Below are positions 8,074-17,899 of a DNA stretch of 64,000 nt, one piece after another. The DNA is from an uncultured Anaerolineae bacterium (GTDB lineage Bacteria; Chloroflexota; Anaerolineae; VGOG01), in the NCBI GenBank assembly GCA_964390805.1, contig CAYMKL010000010.1, positions 12,158-76,157 of the forward strand, written 5' to 3'. The translations under genes were made by a program, and so were the position numbers. Every line of letters starts with the position of its first letter. Within the stretch, counting starts at the first letter, position 1. The notes beneath the pieces were generated by a model that saw only the letters and a program-made list of their open reading frames with translations, made no database searches and had not been told where the DNA came from.

Positions 8074-10383
8074 ATGAAAGAAATCAGCCGACGAACCTTT
8101 CTTAAATTGGCCGGAGTAAGCGCTGCTGCTGCGGCCCTATATCAGTCAACTGGCTCCATCTTGGCCGCGCTGAACATTATTGACCAGGAAACCTCTCCTG
8201 GCGCAGAGAGGTGGGTGCCCAGCGTTTGTCAACTTTGCCCGGCCGAGTGTGGCCTTCGGGTACGAGTGGTGGGAGACGTGGCGGTCAAGATCAAGGGTAA
8301 CCACCAAAACCCCTGTAACCAGGGTCGAACCTGCCCGAAGGGACAGGTCGGCTTGCACCTTTTGTACAATCCCGACCGGGTGAAGACACCGCTCAAGCGG
8401 GTGGGGGAACGGGGAGAGGGCCGCTGGCAGGCCATATCTTGGGACGAAGCCATTGGCGCTGTGGGTTCCCGGCTGTTGGCTTTGCGTCTGGCCGGCACGC
8501 CGGAGCGCATGGCTTTCCTCTATGAGCGGCCGGCTGGGCTGCTAGAGGAAACCCTCACCTACTTTTGCCAGGCCATGGGCACGCCGAATGTGATGGATAT
8601 GCGCCCAGATGCGCTCAGTAAAGCCGTCCTTCTAACTCAGGGCTGGGATGCCCAACCTGGCTACAATCTGGAGCTCACGCGCCACCTTTTGAGCTTCAAC
8701 TATGCGCTCCTGGAATCGGCCCAGCCCACGGTGCGTCTGCTGGCTGCGTACAGCTTCATGCGCCGCGGACGGCCCGGCGACCGAACGTATATGGTGCAAA
8801 TCGAGCCGCGCCTGTCGGTGACGGGCGCCAAGGCCGATGAGTGGGTGCCTATCAAGCCGGGCACCGAGGGTTTGTTGGCTCTCGGTCTGGCCTGGGTGAT
8901 TGTTTTCGAGCACCTCTACGACAAAACCTTCGTTTCCCAGCACTGCCACGGATTTGAGGAGTGGAGCCAAGCCGTGCTGCAAGACTATACTCCAGAGCGA
9001 GTCTCGCAGCTCACTGGCGTCAGTGAAAGGACGATAACACGGCTGGCGCGCGAGTTCGCCGACACGTCGCCAGCCCTGGCCATAGGCGGCGACGCAGTGG
9101 GGCAGCAGACTAACGGCCTCGCCAGCCAACTAGCTATCCACTCGCTGAACGCGCTAGTCGGCTCCATAGACGTGCCGGGTGGCGTGATGATGCAGCGTCC
9201 AGTGCCCCTCACGCCCTGGCCCGATGTATTCATGGACGACGTAACGATCGAGGGGCTGGCCCGACCCCGTATTGATGGGCCTGAGCGCTATCTCCTGGCG
9301 CGCTCAGCAATCCACCACCTGCCAAAGGCGATTCTGACCGAAGATCCCTATCCGCTGGAGGCGCTGCTGCTCTATCGCGCCAACCCCATTCACGAACTAC
9401 CTGACCCGGAAGCGTGGCGGGAGGCCCTGAAACGGGTGCCGCTCATTGTCAGCTTTGATTCCTTTGTTGAAGAAACATCGGCCTACGCCGATTACATCCT
9501 TCCTGACCACACTTTCCTGGAGCGGTGGATCGCCGCGCCGCTGATGCCTTCGCTGGGCTACCCGGTGTTGGCGTTTGGGCAGCCCGTCGTGGCGCCGCTC
9601 TACGATACGCGGGCCTTCGGCGACGTGCTCATCCAGCTTGCCAATCAGGTTGGGGGGGCGCCCAAAGCGAACTTCCCCTGGAACGACCACCGCGAGTTGT
9701 TGCGCTTCCGGTTCGAAGACCTGGTGGCGGCAGGACATGGCACGATTCGAGCTGACACAATGGATGGCTTCTGGCAGGAGTTGGAGGAGCGCGGCACGTG
9801 GTTCAGCACACCTTACCACTTCGCGGGGGGAAATGGGAGGAACCCGGAGGGATGGGGGACGGTATTGGCCACGCCTTCCGGAAAGTTCGAGTTCACACCC
9901 CAGGTGTTCCAAAAGCAGCTCTCGTTGTCGCCGCCCTACTACAGAGTTCCGCGCTATGTGGGTGAGGAAGATGAGTTTCCCTTCCACCTGCAGTTCTATA
10001 CCCTGATGAACCAGGGAAGTGGGCCGGGAGCGGCAAATCTGCCCCATTTGCACGAACTCTACGGCCTACACATCAAGCAGATATGGGGAAACTGGGTGGA
10101 AATCAATCCTGAGACAGCTCACGAACTGGGTATTGAGGAATGGGATGAAGTGTGGGTCGAGTCGCTGGTCGGTAAGATCCGGCTCCCGGCGAGGCTCTAC
10201 CCGGGCATACCACCTGAGACGTTGTGTATACCCACGGGACTGGGCCACACTGCGGGCGGCCAGTGGACAAAGGGCATTGGCGTCAACCCGGAAACTCTGG
10301 TTAGTAGCAGCTACGTGGACGAGCTGAGCGGACTGGTCGCCCGGCAGGGCGTACGGGTCAAGATATACAAAGTGGAAGGATAG
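8074..10383 (+). CDS. Tat-exported molybdopterin oxidoreductase catalytic subunit (paralog of 1014..3332)
   Basis: Tat signal 'SRRTFLKLAGVSAAAAALY'. FS0 motif 'CQLCPAECGL'. Collinear similarity to the first copy along the whole length. Confidence 0.85.
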   Translation: MKEISRRTFLKLAGVSAAAAALYQSTGSILAALNIIDQETSPGAERWVPSVCQLCPAECGLRVRVVGDVAVKIKGNHQNPCNQGRTCPKGQVGLHLLYNPDRVKTPLKRVGERGEGRWQAISWDEAIGAVGSRLLALRLAGTPERMAFLYERPAGLLEETLTYFCQAMGTPNVMDMRPDALSKAVLLTQGWDAQPGYNLELTRHLLSFNYALLESAQPTVRLLAAYSFMRRGRPGDRTYMVQIEPRLSVTGAKADEWVPIKPGTEGLLALGLAWVIVFEHLYDKTFVSQHCHGFEEWSQAVLQDYTPERVSQLTGVSERTITRLAREFADTSPALAIGGDAVGQQTNGLASQLAIHSLNALVGSIDVPGGVMMQRPVPLTPWPDVFMDDVTIEGLARPRIDGPERYLLARSAIHHLPKAILTEDPYPLEALLLYRANPIHELPDPEAWREALKRVPLIVSFDSFVEETSAYADYILPDHTFLERWIAAPLMPSLGYPVLAFGQPVVAPLYDTRAFGDVLIQLANQVGGAPKANFPWNDHRELLRFRFEDLVAAGHGTIRADTMDGFWQELEERGTWFSTPYHFAGGNGRNPEGWGTVLATPSGKFEFTPQVFQKQLSLSPPYYRVPRYVGEEDEFPFHLQFYTLMNQGSGPGAANLPHLHELYGLHIKQIWGNWVEINPETAHELGIEEWDEVWVESLVGKIRLPARLYPGIPPETLCIPTGLGHTAGGQWTKGIGVNPETLVSSSYVDELSGLVARQGVRVKIYKVEG

Positions 10384-10390
10384 GTTACGT

Positions 10391-11080
10391 ATGCCGAGAT
10401 GGGGCATGGTCATTGACCTCGACAAGTGTACCGGCTGTCAGGCATGTAGCGTGGCTTGCCGGATGGAGAACAACATTCCCTTCGCTGGGCCAGAGGAAGC
10501 GGATTTGAGCCGTGTCAAATGGTGGCACAAGGTGTTGCGCTTTGTGGAAGGAGAATACCCCAATGTTCACATCACGTTCATGCCCCGGCCTTGCCAGCAC
10601 TGCGACAAACCGCCTTGCGTGAACGTCTGTCCGGTAGGAGCCACCTACAAGGACGAGGAAGGCGCCGTGCGGATGAACTATGACCGCTGTGTCGGCTGTC
10701 GCTTCTGCGCCTCAACCTGCCCGTATGGGGCGCGCCACTTCAACTGGTACGACCCAATCTACCCCGAGGAGATGCGGGCTGCCCTCAATCCAGACGTGCC
10801 CGTTCGCCCCCGCGGAGTGGTGGAGAAGTGTACCTTCTGCATTCATCGCCTGGAGAAGGCCAAGCGTAAGGCGGCTGAGGAGGGGCGTGAACTGGTGAAC
10901 GCCGAATTGGTCAACCTGCCGGCCTGCAACGAGGTCTGTCCGGCCTCCGCCCGTTATTTCGGCGATCTGGATGATCCGGAAAGCACCGTCTCACGCCTAG
11001 CCCACAGCTCGCGGGCCTTCATACTATTAGAGGAGCTGGGCACCTTTCCCAAGGTGTTTTATCTGAAAGCGGCAAGCTAA
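10391..11080 (+). CDS. 4Fe-4S electron-transfer subunit (paralog of 3355..4044)
   Basis: 'MPRWGMVIDLDKCTGCQACSVACRMEN' and three further Cys clusters. Same length as the first copy (229 aa). Confidence 0.9.
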   Translation: MPRWGMVIDLDKCTGCQACSVACRMENNIPFAGPEEADLSRVKWWHKVLRFVEGEYPNVHITFMPRPCQHCDKPPCVNVCPVGATYKDEEGAVRMNYDRCVGCRFCASTCPYGARHFNWYDPIYPEEMRAALNPDVPVRPRGVVEKCTFCIHRLEKAKRKAAEEGRELVNAELVNLPACNEVCPASARYFGDLDDPESTVSRLAHSSRAFILLEELGTFPKVFYLKAAS

Positions 11081-11101
11081 CGGAAGAGAAAGAGACGATA
11101 T

Positions 11102-12439
11102 ATGTCATTTGAGGGTTATAGCATTCAGGAAAGACGTACTCTGGCAAGACCGGTGGATGAGGACGCCATCCTGTTCGAGCCGCTCCAGCGCACTGGATGG
11201 AAGTTCTGGGCTATCGTGGCCATCCTAGTGTACGTCATCATCTTTGGGGTGTCGGCCTACTACCGCCAGCTTACCAAAGGGTTGGGCATCACCGGCCTGA
11301 ACTACCCGGTCTACTGGGGAATGTACATCATCAACACCATCTTTTTCATCGCCATCAGCTACGGTGGCACGCTCACCTCCGCCATTCTGCGAATCTTCGG
11401 TATCCGGTGGCGGACGCCGATCACCCGCGCCGCCGAGGTGATGACCGCTTGCGCCCTCTCCATCGGGGCGCTGAACATCGTCCTGGACATGGGGCGGCCC
11501 GACCGGGTGTTGAACTTGATCCTGTACGGCCGATGGCAGTCGCCCATTCTGTGGGACTTCTACGCCGTTAGCCTGTACATGGCCTGTAGCCTACTCTACC
11601 TCTACTTGCCGCTGATACCGGACATCGCCGAGTTGAAAGAGCGGTTCCCTCGCCGCCGATGGCTCTACGGTCCCCTGTCGCTGGGCTGGACAGGCACCCC
11701 ACAGCAAAAGAGGCGGCTGGACAGGATCATAGACATCATGGCCTATGCTATGGTTCCCATCGCGGTGATGGTACATACTGTTCTCTCCTACCTGTTTGCT
11801 CTGACCACACAGCCGATGTGGCACAGCACGCTCATGGGGCCCTACTTTGTCATGGGGGCCGTCTACAGCGGCATGGCTGGGTTAGTCATCGTCATGGCGC
11901 TTCTCCGGCGGTTCCTCCACCTGGAGCGCTACCTTGAGCCCAAGCACTTCAAATACATGGGACTGATGATCCTGGGTATGACGTCCGTCTGGCTCTACTT
12001 CACTTTCTCAGAGTATATCACCACCTACTACGGCCAGGACCCGTCTCACCTAGAGGTGTTCCATGCTAAGTTCTTCGGCGAGTTCGCGCCTTATTTCTGG
12101 ATTCAGGTCGTATTGTGCCTGGTGGTTCCTGTGCTGGTGTTGAGCTTCCGGCGGACACGCACCATCGCGGGCACGGTCTTTGCCAGCGTGTTGATTCTCG
12201 TTGGCATGTGGTTGGAGCGGTTCCTGATCATCGTTCCCACTCTCACCCATCCTCGCCTGCCACTTGACCTGCCCTTCACCATAGGCAAATACCAGGCCAC
12301 CAGCGCTGAGTGGGCCATCATGGCTGCCAGTGCAGCGGCCATTGCGTTACTCTACTTGATGTTCATCAAACTGTTTCCCATCGTACCCGTCTGGGAGATT
12401 CGCGAGGAGCGGGAAACCCATAAACCCGTAAATCCGTAG
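11102..12439 (+). CDS. NrfD/PsrC-family membrane subunit (paralog of 4048..5340)
   Basis: Polytopic membrane protein of 445 aa. Similar to the first copy, e.g. 'WLERFLIIVPTLTHPRL' vs 'WLERYIVIIPTLTRPRL'. Confidence 0.8.
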   Translation: MSFEGYSIQERRTLARPVDEDAILFEPLQRTGWKFWAIVAILVYVIIFGVSAYYRQLTKGLGITGLNYPVYWGMYIINTIFFIAISYGGTLTSAILRIFGIRWRTPITRAAEVMTACALSIGALNIVLDMGRPDRVLNLILYGRWQSPILWDFYAVSLYMACSLLYLYLPLIPDIAELKERFPRRRWLYGPLSLGWTGTPQQKRRLDRIIDIMAYAMVPIAVMVHTVLSYLFALTTQPMWHSTLMGPYFVMGAVYSGMAGLVIVMALLRRFLHLERYLEPKHFKYMGLMILGMTSVWLYFTFSEYITTYYGQDPSHLEVFHAKFFGEFAPYFWIQVVLCLVVPVLVLSFRRTRTIAGTVFASVLILVGMWLERFLIIVPTLTHPRLPLDLPFTIGKYQATSAEWAIMAASAAAIALLYLMFIKLFPIVPVWEIREERETHKPVNP

Positions 12440-12520
12440 GTTCGTAAATTCGGGGGCACGAATCTACGAGTTCCGAATGTACGAATCTACCAACTCACAA
12501 ATTAGAGGAGGAAAAAGCAA

Positions 12521-13303
12521 ATGGATCAACTAGTAAGTCTGCTACCAATTATCTTTCCTGTCGCGATCTTGGTGGGCCTCATCGTCGTCCCTGCCGTCAA
12601 GATCGTCTATCAGTACGAGCGCGGTGTACTGTTCCGCTTCGGTAGGTTCATAGGCCTCCGCAAGCCGGGCATCAACCTGATCTTGCCCTGGATTGACAGG
12701 CTGGTCAAGGTTGACCTGCGAACCAGAACGGTGATCCTGACACCCCAGGAGGTCATCACCCGCGACAACGTGACTGTCCACGTGGACGCGGTGGTGTACT
12801 TCAACGTCTTTGACCCAGAGCGCGCTGTCATCCAGGTTGAAGAATACGCCATGGCCACCGAGCAGTTGGCCCTGACCACTCTGCGGAGTGTGCTGGGCCA
12901 GTCCGATCTCGACGAGCTCCTGGCCCATCGTGACCGCATCAACGAGCGCCTGCGGGACATCATTGACGATCATACCGAAGATCCGTGGGGCGTGATGGTC
13001 ACGCTGGTCGAGGTGCGGGACGTGTTGTTGCCAGAAGGGATGCAGCGGGCCATGGCCCGCCAGGCTGAGGCCGAGCGAGAAAAGCGAGCCAAGATCATCC
13101 ACGCCGAGGGTGAGGAAGCGGCGGCGCAAGCCCTGGCCAATGCAGCCAGGACCATCGGTGCCGCACCGCCAGCGATACAACTGCGCTACTTGCAGACGCT
13201 GGTCGAGATGGCTGGTGAAAGAAACAGCACCATTATCCCCTTGCCGGTGGACATTGTCTCTTTTTTGGGCGAAGGGCTACGGCAGGGGAGCGACTCAAAG
13301 TAG
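12521..13303 (+). CDS. SPFH/band-7 protein (paralog of 6123..6905)
   Basis: The band-7 core is nearly identical to the first copy ('TRDNVTVHVDAVVYF', 'AMARQAEAEREKR'). Confidence 0.85.
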   Translation: MDQLVSLLPIIFPVAILVGLIVVPAVKIVYQYERGVLFRFGRFIGLRKPGINLILPWIDRLVKVDLRTRTVILTPQEVITRDNVTVHVDAVVYFNVFDPERAVIQVEEYAMATEQLALTTLRSVLGQSDLDELLAHRDRINERLRDIIDDHTEDPWGVMVTLVEVRDVLLPEGMQRAMARQAEAEREKRAKIIHAEGEEAAAQALANAARTIGAAPPAIQLRYLQTLVEMAGERNSTIIPLPVDIVSFLGEGLRQGSDSK

Positions 13304-13384
13304 CCATTGATCATCAACCTGGGAGTATGGCTGGAGCGTTCCCGCCATGACGCAGCCACGCCTGGGTAAGACATCTGGAAATCA

Positions 13385-13477
13385 GGGTTTTCGCTAGCGG
13401 GTAGATTCTGGTTAGCGAGCAGACTGGAGCTATCACATCTCCTCGCTTTTGGACGCAAAAACCTGGTTTCCAGTTGA
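13385..13477. promoter_or_regulatory. second copy of the CTGGAAAYCAGGTTTT ... AAAAACCTGGTTTCCAG inverted-repeat element
   Basis: The arms at 13385-13401 and 13461-13477 are reverse complements with 2 mismatches. The arm sequence is the same as at 5348-5447. Confidence 0.45.
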
Positions 13478-13501
13478 ATCAGATTACGGAAGGAACCAAG
13501 A

Positions 13502-14593
13502 ATGAGATATTGGATATCTCGTCACTATTGGCTAGTAGTCATTGTGCTGATCCTGGCGGCTCTGCTGCTTACTGTAGGGCCAACCTCGGCTCAGCCCCCC
13601 GTACCCCACGGTGTAATAGAGGGGGATGACTGCCTCAGTTGCCACGAGGCGGGTGTAGCTGATGCGCTTCGCCTGTCGCGAGACCACATGGGGCGCAACA
13701 ACGAAGACTGCGCCATCTGCCACGAACCCAGCGGTGCATTCGCAGACGACACACCCCACCCGATAGCCGGTCGAGAGGATTGTCTCTCGTGCCATAGCGT
13801 GGGGATAGGCACTATATTGGCCAGGAGTCACCTGGAACGCACGAACGACCAGTGCGAACTATGCCACCTGCCCTCGCCTGCTGTAGAGGAGCCTACTCCG
13901 ACCCCGGCCACAGCGAAACCTACTCCCACCCCAACCCCCCACGCCACTCCAGAGGCAGGCCCTCCCCCTTCTGGGGCAGAGACCTGCGCGGCGTGTCATC
14001 AGCGTACGGCCGTTGATGAAGGACATGCTACGTTCACCAGCCAGCCCCTCGGTGACCAAGAGGCCGGTGCAACGCTCTTCACTCAGCAGTGCGCGACCTG
14101 CCACGGCGAGGATGGCGCCACGCCGGTGGGCGAAGATGGGAACATCATCAACTCAGAGGAGTACTTGAGCGCTCACGACGACGCTGACATTCTGAAGGAC
14201 ATCGGCATCAACCCTCACGGCGCGACGCCTGCCTTTGTCGAGGACTACGGCGGTCCCCTCTCGTGGGAGGAGGTGTTGGATCTGGCAGCCTTCGTTCGCT
14301 TGTGGGGACCGATGGCTGCGCCACACGCAATGCCTGGGCCAACCTATGCCAGTACCATTGGTTCACTGCTGACCGAGCGGTGTGGAGCCTGTCATGGATC
14401 TGCTGGCGGTCTGAGTGTGGCGGACTATGATGCACTGATGGCTGGGGGCTCTTCAGGCCCTGTGGTGGTGCCCGGCGATCCGGAGGGAAGCAGCCTCGTT
14501 GAGTTGCTGCGGGGGGGACACTTTGCTCAGTTGAGCGAGGCGGAACTAGACCTGTTGATCGAATGGATCGCCAATGGAGCACCAGGGGAGTAA
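13502..14593 (+). CDS. heptaheme c-type cytochrome (paralog of 6933..8042)
   Basis: 7 CXXCH motifs. Pro/Thr-rich linker 'EEPTPTPATAKPTPTPTPHATPEAGPPP'. The C-terminal 'LDLLIEWIANGAP' is conserved with the first copy. Confidence 0.85.
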   Translation: MRYWISRHYWLVVIVLILAALLLTVGPTSAQPPVPHGVIEGDDCLSCHEAGVADALRLSRDHMGRNNEDCAICHEPSGAFADDTPHPIAGREDCLSCHSVGIGTILARSHLERTNDQCELCHLPSPAVEEPTPTPATAKPTPTPTPHATPEAGPPPSGAETCAACHQRTAVDEGHATFTSQPLGDQEAGATLFTQQCATCHGEDGATPVGEDGNIINSEEYLSAHDDADILKDIGINPHGATPAFVEDYGGPLSWEEVLDLAAFVRLWGPMAAPHAMPGPTYASTIGSLLTERCGACHGSAGGLSVADYDALMAGGSSGPVVVPGDPEGSSLVELLRGGHFAQLSEAELDLLIEWIANGAPGE

Positions 14594-14599
14594 GGCAAG

Positions 14600-16362
14600 A
14601 TGAGGCGTGTGTTTAGTACCAAGAACTGGTCTTCAGAGGCCAAACCCATCCTGCGATGGGCTGGCCTTATGCTGCTGGCGGCCGGTCTGTTAGTGGCCTG
14701 TGCCCAGCAGTCAACAGAGACTACCACTGTGAAGTCTGGCCAACAGCGCCGCCCGTTACTATTCTAATCGAGGCCACGCCCGCACCACCGGTCGAGCCGG
14801 TGGCAATGACGTGGCGCGAGTCGGTGGATGCCTTGTTGGTCGAAGCGGACATCGGCGCGGAGTCGCAAGGGTGTGTCAACTGCCACCTGGCCACGACGCC
14901 TAAGATGGTGGAACAATGGGTCTCGTCGGAGCACGCAGCAGAGAGTGTTGATTGCCTGGAGTGCCACACAGCCCAGGAGGGGGACTGGGACTACACGGAA
15001 CACCATGGCAACGTGGCTGTCGCCACCAATCCAACGGCCGGTGACTGCGCCAACTGCCACGAGCAGGAGTACGAGGAATTCAGCCGGAGCAAGCACTCAG
15101 CCCTGGCGATGATCTTCTTCTCCGCCTCGTTCGACCGAAACGTCCTCGAGCCGACCATCGCCACCAAGCACGGCTGTCAGGAGTGCCACAACATTGGCCA
15201 CTTCTGGCCCGACCAAAGCGTGGGCGAGTGTGACGCCTGCCACCCCAAACACTCCTTTGACGTGGCCGTGGCCCGCAATCCCTACACTTGCGGCGAGTGT
15301 CACATCGGCCCAGATCACCCGCACATCGAAATCTGGGAAGAGTCCAAACACGGCAACGTGTTCATGAGCAACCCCGAAAACTGGGAGGAGCTGGGCTACG
15401 AGGCCGTGAAGGGGGAGCCGCCACCCTTCGACGCGCCGACCTGCACCACTTGTCACATGGACGCCACGGTTAACCTGCCGGCCACGCACGATGTCGGCTC
15501 TCGAATGGCCTGGGAGACCCAGTCGCCGTGGACGATCCGCGCTACCGAAGCCTGGGGAGGCGGGCTGACCTGGGAGGAGAAGCGGGCGAACATGACCGCG
15601 ACCTGTCTCCAATGCCACGCCCAGCCTTTTGTTGACCGCTACTTGCTGGAAGGCGATATGGCCGCGCTCCAGTACAGCGAGATCTTCCGCGAGGGCAAGC
15701 GCTGGTTGAACGAGATGAACGAGGCTGGCATCATCTTGACGGCCGGTTTCGAGGGCCTGGCTCCCTTTGGCACAGCCGGCTACGACGAAGTTCCCGAGGA
15801 GATCTCATATCACATCTGGCACCACGAAGGCCGACGCTACCGCCACGGCGCGCTGATGATGGCAGCCGACTACACCCAGTGGCACGGCATCTGGGACTTG
15901 CAGCATGATCTGATAGAGATTATCCGCTACGGGGCCGAGCACGGCCTGCCCGAAGCTGAGGCTTGGATGGCGTCGGACGATCCGGCCAAGTTCTGGCTCT
16001 ATCCGTTCTACGATGTGCCCGGTTCGGTCTGGGGCATTGACACCATCGCCTACCGCATGGGAGACGATTGGACGACCAAGATCTGGATGAACCGCAACGG
16101 CCAGGAAGGTCTCGACGCCTACTGGGAAGCCGCCTATGCCAACGTCCAGGCGGCATACGAGGCGGGCCTTTTCTCCGATGAGCAGTGGTCGCTTTATCGG
16201 CAGCTCTTCGAGAACCGCGAAGTCGAGAACGGCAACACCTATCCGCTGCCGGATCTCTTCCAGGTGCACCTGGACGGGAAGGCGGCCGATGGCGCAGCGG
16301 CCAGTGAATACGGGGCGGGGTTGCAATTGCCCGGTGCAGATGGCTGGGACTACTCTCCGTGA
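14600..16362 (+). CDS. octaheme c-type cytochrome (HAO/OTR-like lipoprotein) with an apparent single-base frameshift separating the lipoprotein signal (14600..14767) from the mature domain (frame of 14656..16362)
   Basis: Frame 2 reads 'MRRVFSTKNWSSEAKPILRWAGLMLLAAGLLVACAQQ...' (lipobox LVAC) and stops at 14767. Frame 1 continues 'PPVTILIEATPAPPVEPV...' with 8 CXXCH motifs. One extra C in the run near 14748-14756 would fuse the two. Confidence 0.6.
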
Positions 16363-16422
16363 GATGGGTGGTCCTCGAGCGAACGTGATGCGGGATTGAC
16401 GGTGATCAATGAAAGACCTGCC

Positions 16423-17895
16423 ATGGATTCTAAGATACGATCTCGCTTGAGACCCCTTAGAACAAGCCTGCGCGTCAGAGTCGCCTTGGGCGTCGCGTTG
16501 CCGATCGTGTTGGTGCTGTTCTCGCTGTCCTTGATACACTACTGGCGCGAGCGTCAACTGCTGGAATACCAGATTGGGCTGACCGCGTTGCAGTTGGGCG
16601 ACATGATGGTAGGCAACCTGCGCCATGCCATGATGGCCAACGACCGCGAGATGCTCGACCAGATCCTCGCTGACGTGGGCAGAATGGAAAACGTTCATCA
16701 GGTGCAGATTCTGGACCTCGAAGGCCGGGTGAAAGTAGACAGTCGTGGTGAGGAGGAAGGGGAAACTATCTGGCAGCGCGACGATCTTGGATGCATCGAA
16801 TGTCACCAGTCGCCAGTCGAGCCCTGGCCCCGCGTGGCGGAGTTGCCCACCTCGACTGGCGTGGTGCAGATTTCCATACCGATCGAGAACGAGCCAAGTT
16901 GCACCGGTTGTCACACAGAGGACACTCCTCATTTAGGAGAGTTACTCTTTGAAGTGTCTCTCATTGATGTCGGAGAGCATCTCCTCCACAACCTTCAGGT
17001 CGACTTGGCTGTCTTGGTCGGAAGCACGGTGTTGGTGACATTGGGCCTGTATTCGCTGGTGCATTTGCTGGTGGTGCAGAGGGTAGAGGCATTTCGTCGC
17101 CCTCTAGCGGAGTTCGCCGCTGGCGATTTCACCTCCCGATTGCCATCCCCCTTGGTTCCAGCCGATGAGCTGGATGAGTTGGCCAATACCTTCAACCAGA
17201 TGGCGCACGAACTCGAGCGCCGTGGTCGCGAGCAAGAGGAGCGCAGCGAACTGCGGCAGCGGGCCATCGTGGAGGAGCGCGAACGCATTGCCCGTGAACT
17301 GCACGATGGGCTGGCTCAACTGCTTGGGTACGTCAACACCAAGACGATGGCTGTGCGGCTGATGCTGAAGAATCAGCAGGTGGAGGCTGCTGATCGGCAC
17401 CTCCTTCAACTCGATGAAGCCACCCGTGAGCTGTCCGTTGATGTGCGCCAGGCAGTGCTCGGGTTGAGGACAGCGGGGCAAATCGGTGACGGACTGACCG
17501 CCATGCTCGGGGACTTCGCCGCTCAGTTTAGCCGCTTCGGCGGTGTCCCGGTCGAGGTCGTAATCGCGCCGGAGATCCAGGGCCTTGCACTGACTCCCGA
17601 GGCTGAACTGCAATTGCTTCGCATCGTCCAGGAAGCGTTGACCAACGTCCGAAAGCATGCTTCGGCTACCCGGGCGTGGGTGAGCTTGGAGGTCAACGGC
17701 AACATTCTTGAACTAACAATCGGCGACAACGGCAATGGATTCGATGTGGAAGGTCATCGTCTCAATGATCGGTCACGCTTTGGATTGAGCACGATGCGAG
17801 AGCGGGCTGAGGCCATTGAGGCCGAGTTCAACCTGGACTCCGTGCCAGGTGCCGGAACCCGGGTCACGGTACGGCTAGCTGAGAGAGAGGGGTAG
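16423..17895 (+). CDS. sensor histidine kinase (HisKA_3/NarX-LiaS type) with a periplasmic domain carrying two CXXCH c-type haem motifs
   Basis: TM1 at ~residues 28-50. Periplasmic segment with 'CIECH' (nt ~16792) and 'CTGCH'. TM2 at ~200. HAMP-like region. HisKA_3 H-box 'RIARELHDGLAQLL'. HATPase_c 'ITIGDNGNGFD...GLSTMRERAEAI'. Confidence 0.85.
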   Translation: MDSKIRSRLRPLRTSLRVRVALGVALPIVLVLFSLSLIHYWRERQLLEYQIGLTALQLGDMMVGNLRHAMMANDREMLDQILADVGRMENVHQVQILDLEGRVKVDSRGEEEGETIWQRDDLGCIECHQSPVEPWPRVAELPTSTGVVQISIPIENEPSCTGCHTEDTPHLGELLFEVSLIDVGEHLLHNLQVDLAVLVGSTVLVTLGLYSLVHLLVVQRVEAFRRPLAEFAAGDFTSRLPSPLVPADELDELANTFNQMAHELERRGREQEERSELRQRAIVEERERIARELHDGLAQLLGYVNTKTMAVRLMLKNQQVEAADRHLLQLDEATRELSVDVRQAVLGLRTAGQIGDGLTAMLGDFAAQFSRFGGVPVEVVIAPEIQGLALTPEAELQLLRIVQEALTNVRKHASATRAWVSLEVNGNILELTIGDNGNGFDVEGHRLNDRSRFGLSTMRERAEAIEAEFNLDSVPGAGTRVTVRLAEREG

Positions 17896-17899
17896 GTAT

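Noticed and set aside
12440-12520. Direct repeats 'acgaatctac' x2 and 'cgtaaat' x2 upstream of the second SPFH gene
   Set aside because: Short, low-complexity and not found elsewhere in the window. Possibly a promoter or UP element, but the evidence is insufficient to call.
14656-14805. Treating 14656 (alternative-start codon) or the internal Met at 14806 as the true start of the octaheme cytochrome
   Set aside because: Neither start gives a signal peptide, which a c-type cytochrome requires. The upstream frame-2 lipoprotein signal makes a frameshift the more parsimonious explanation.
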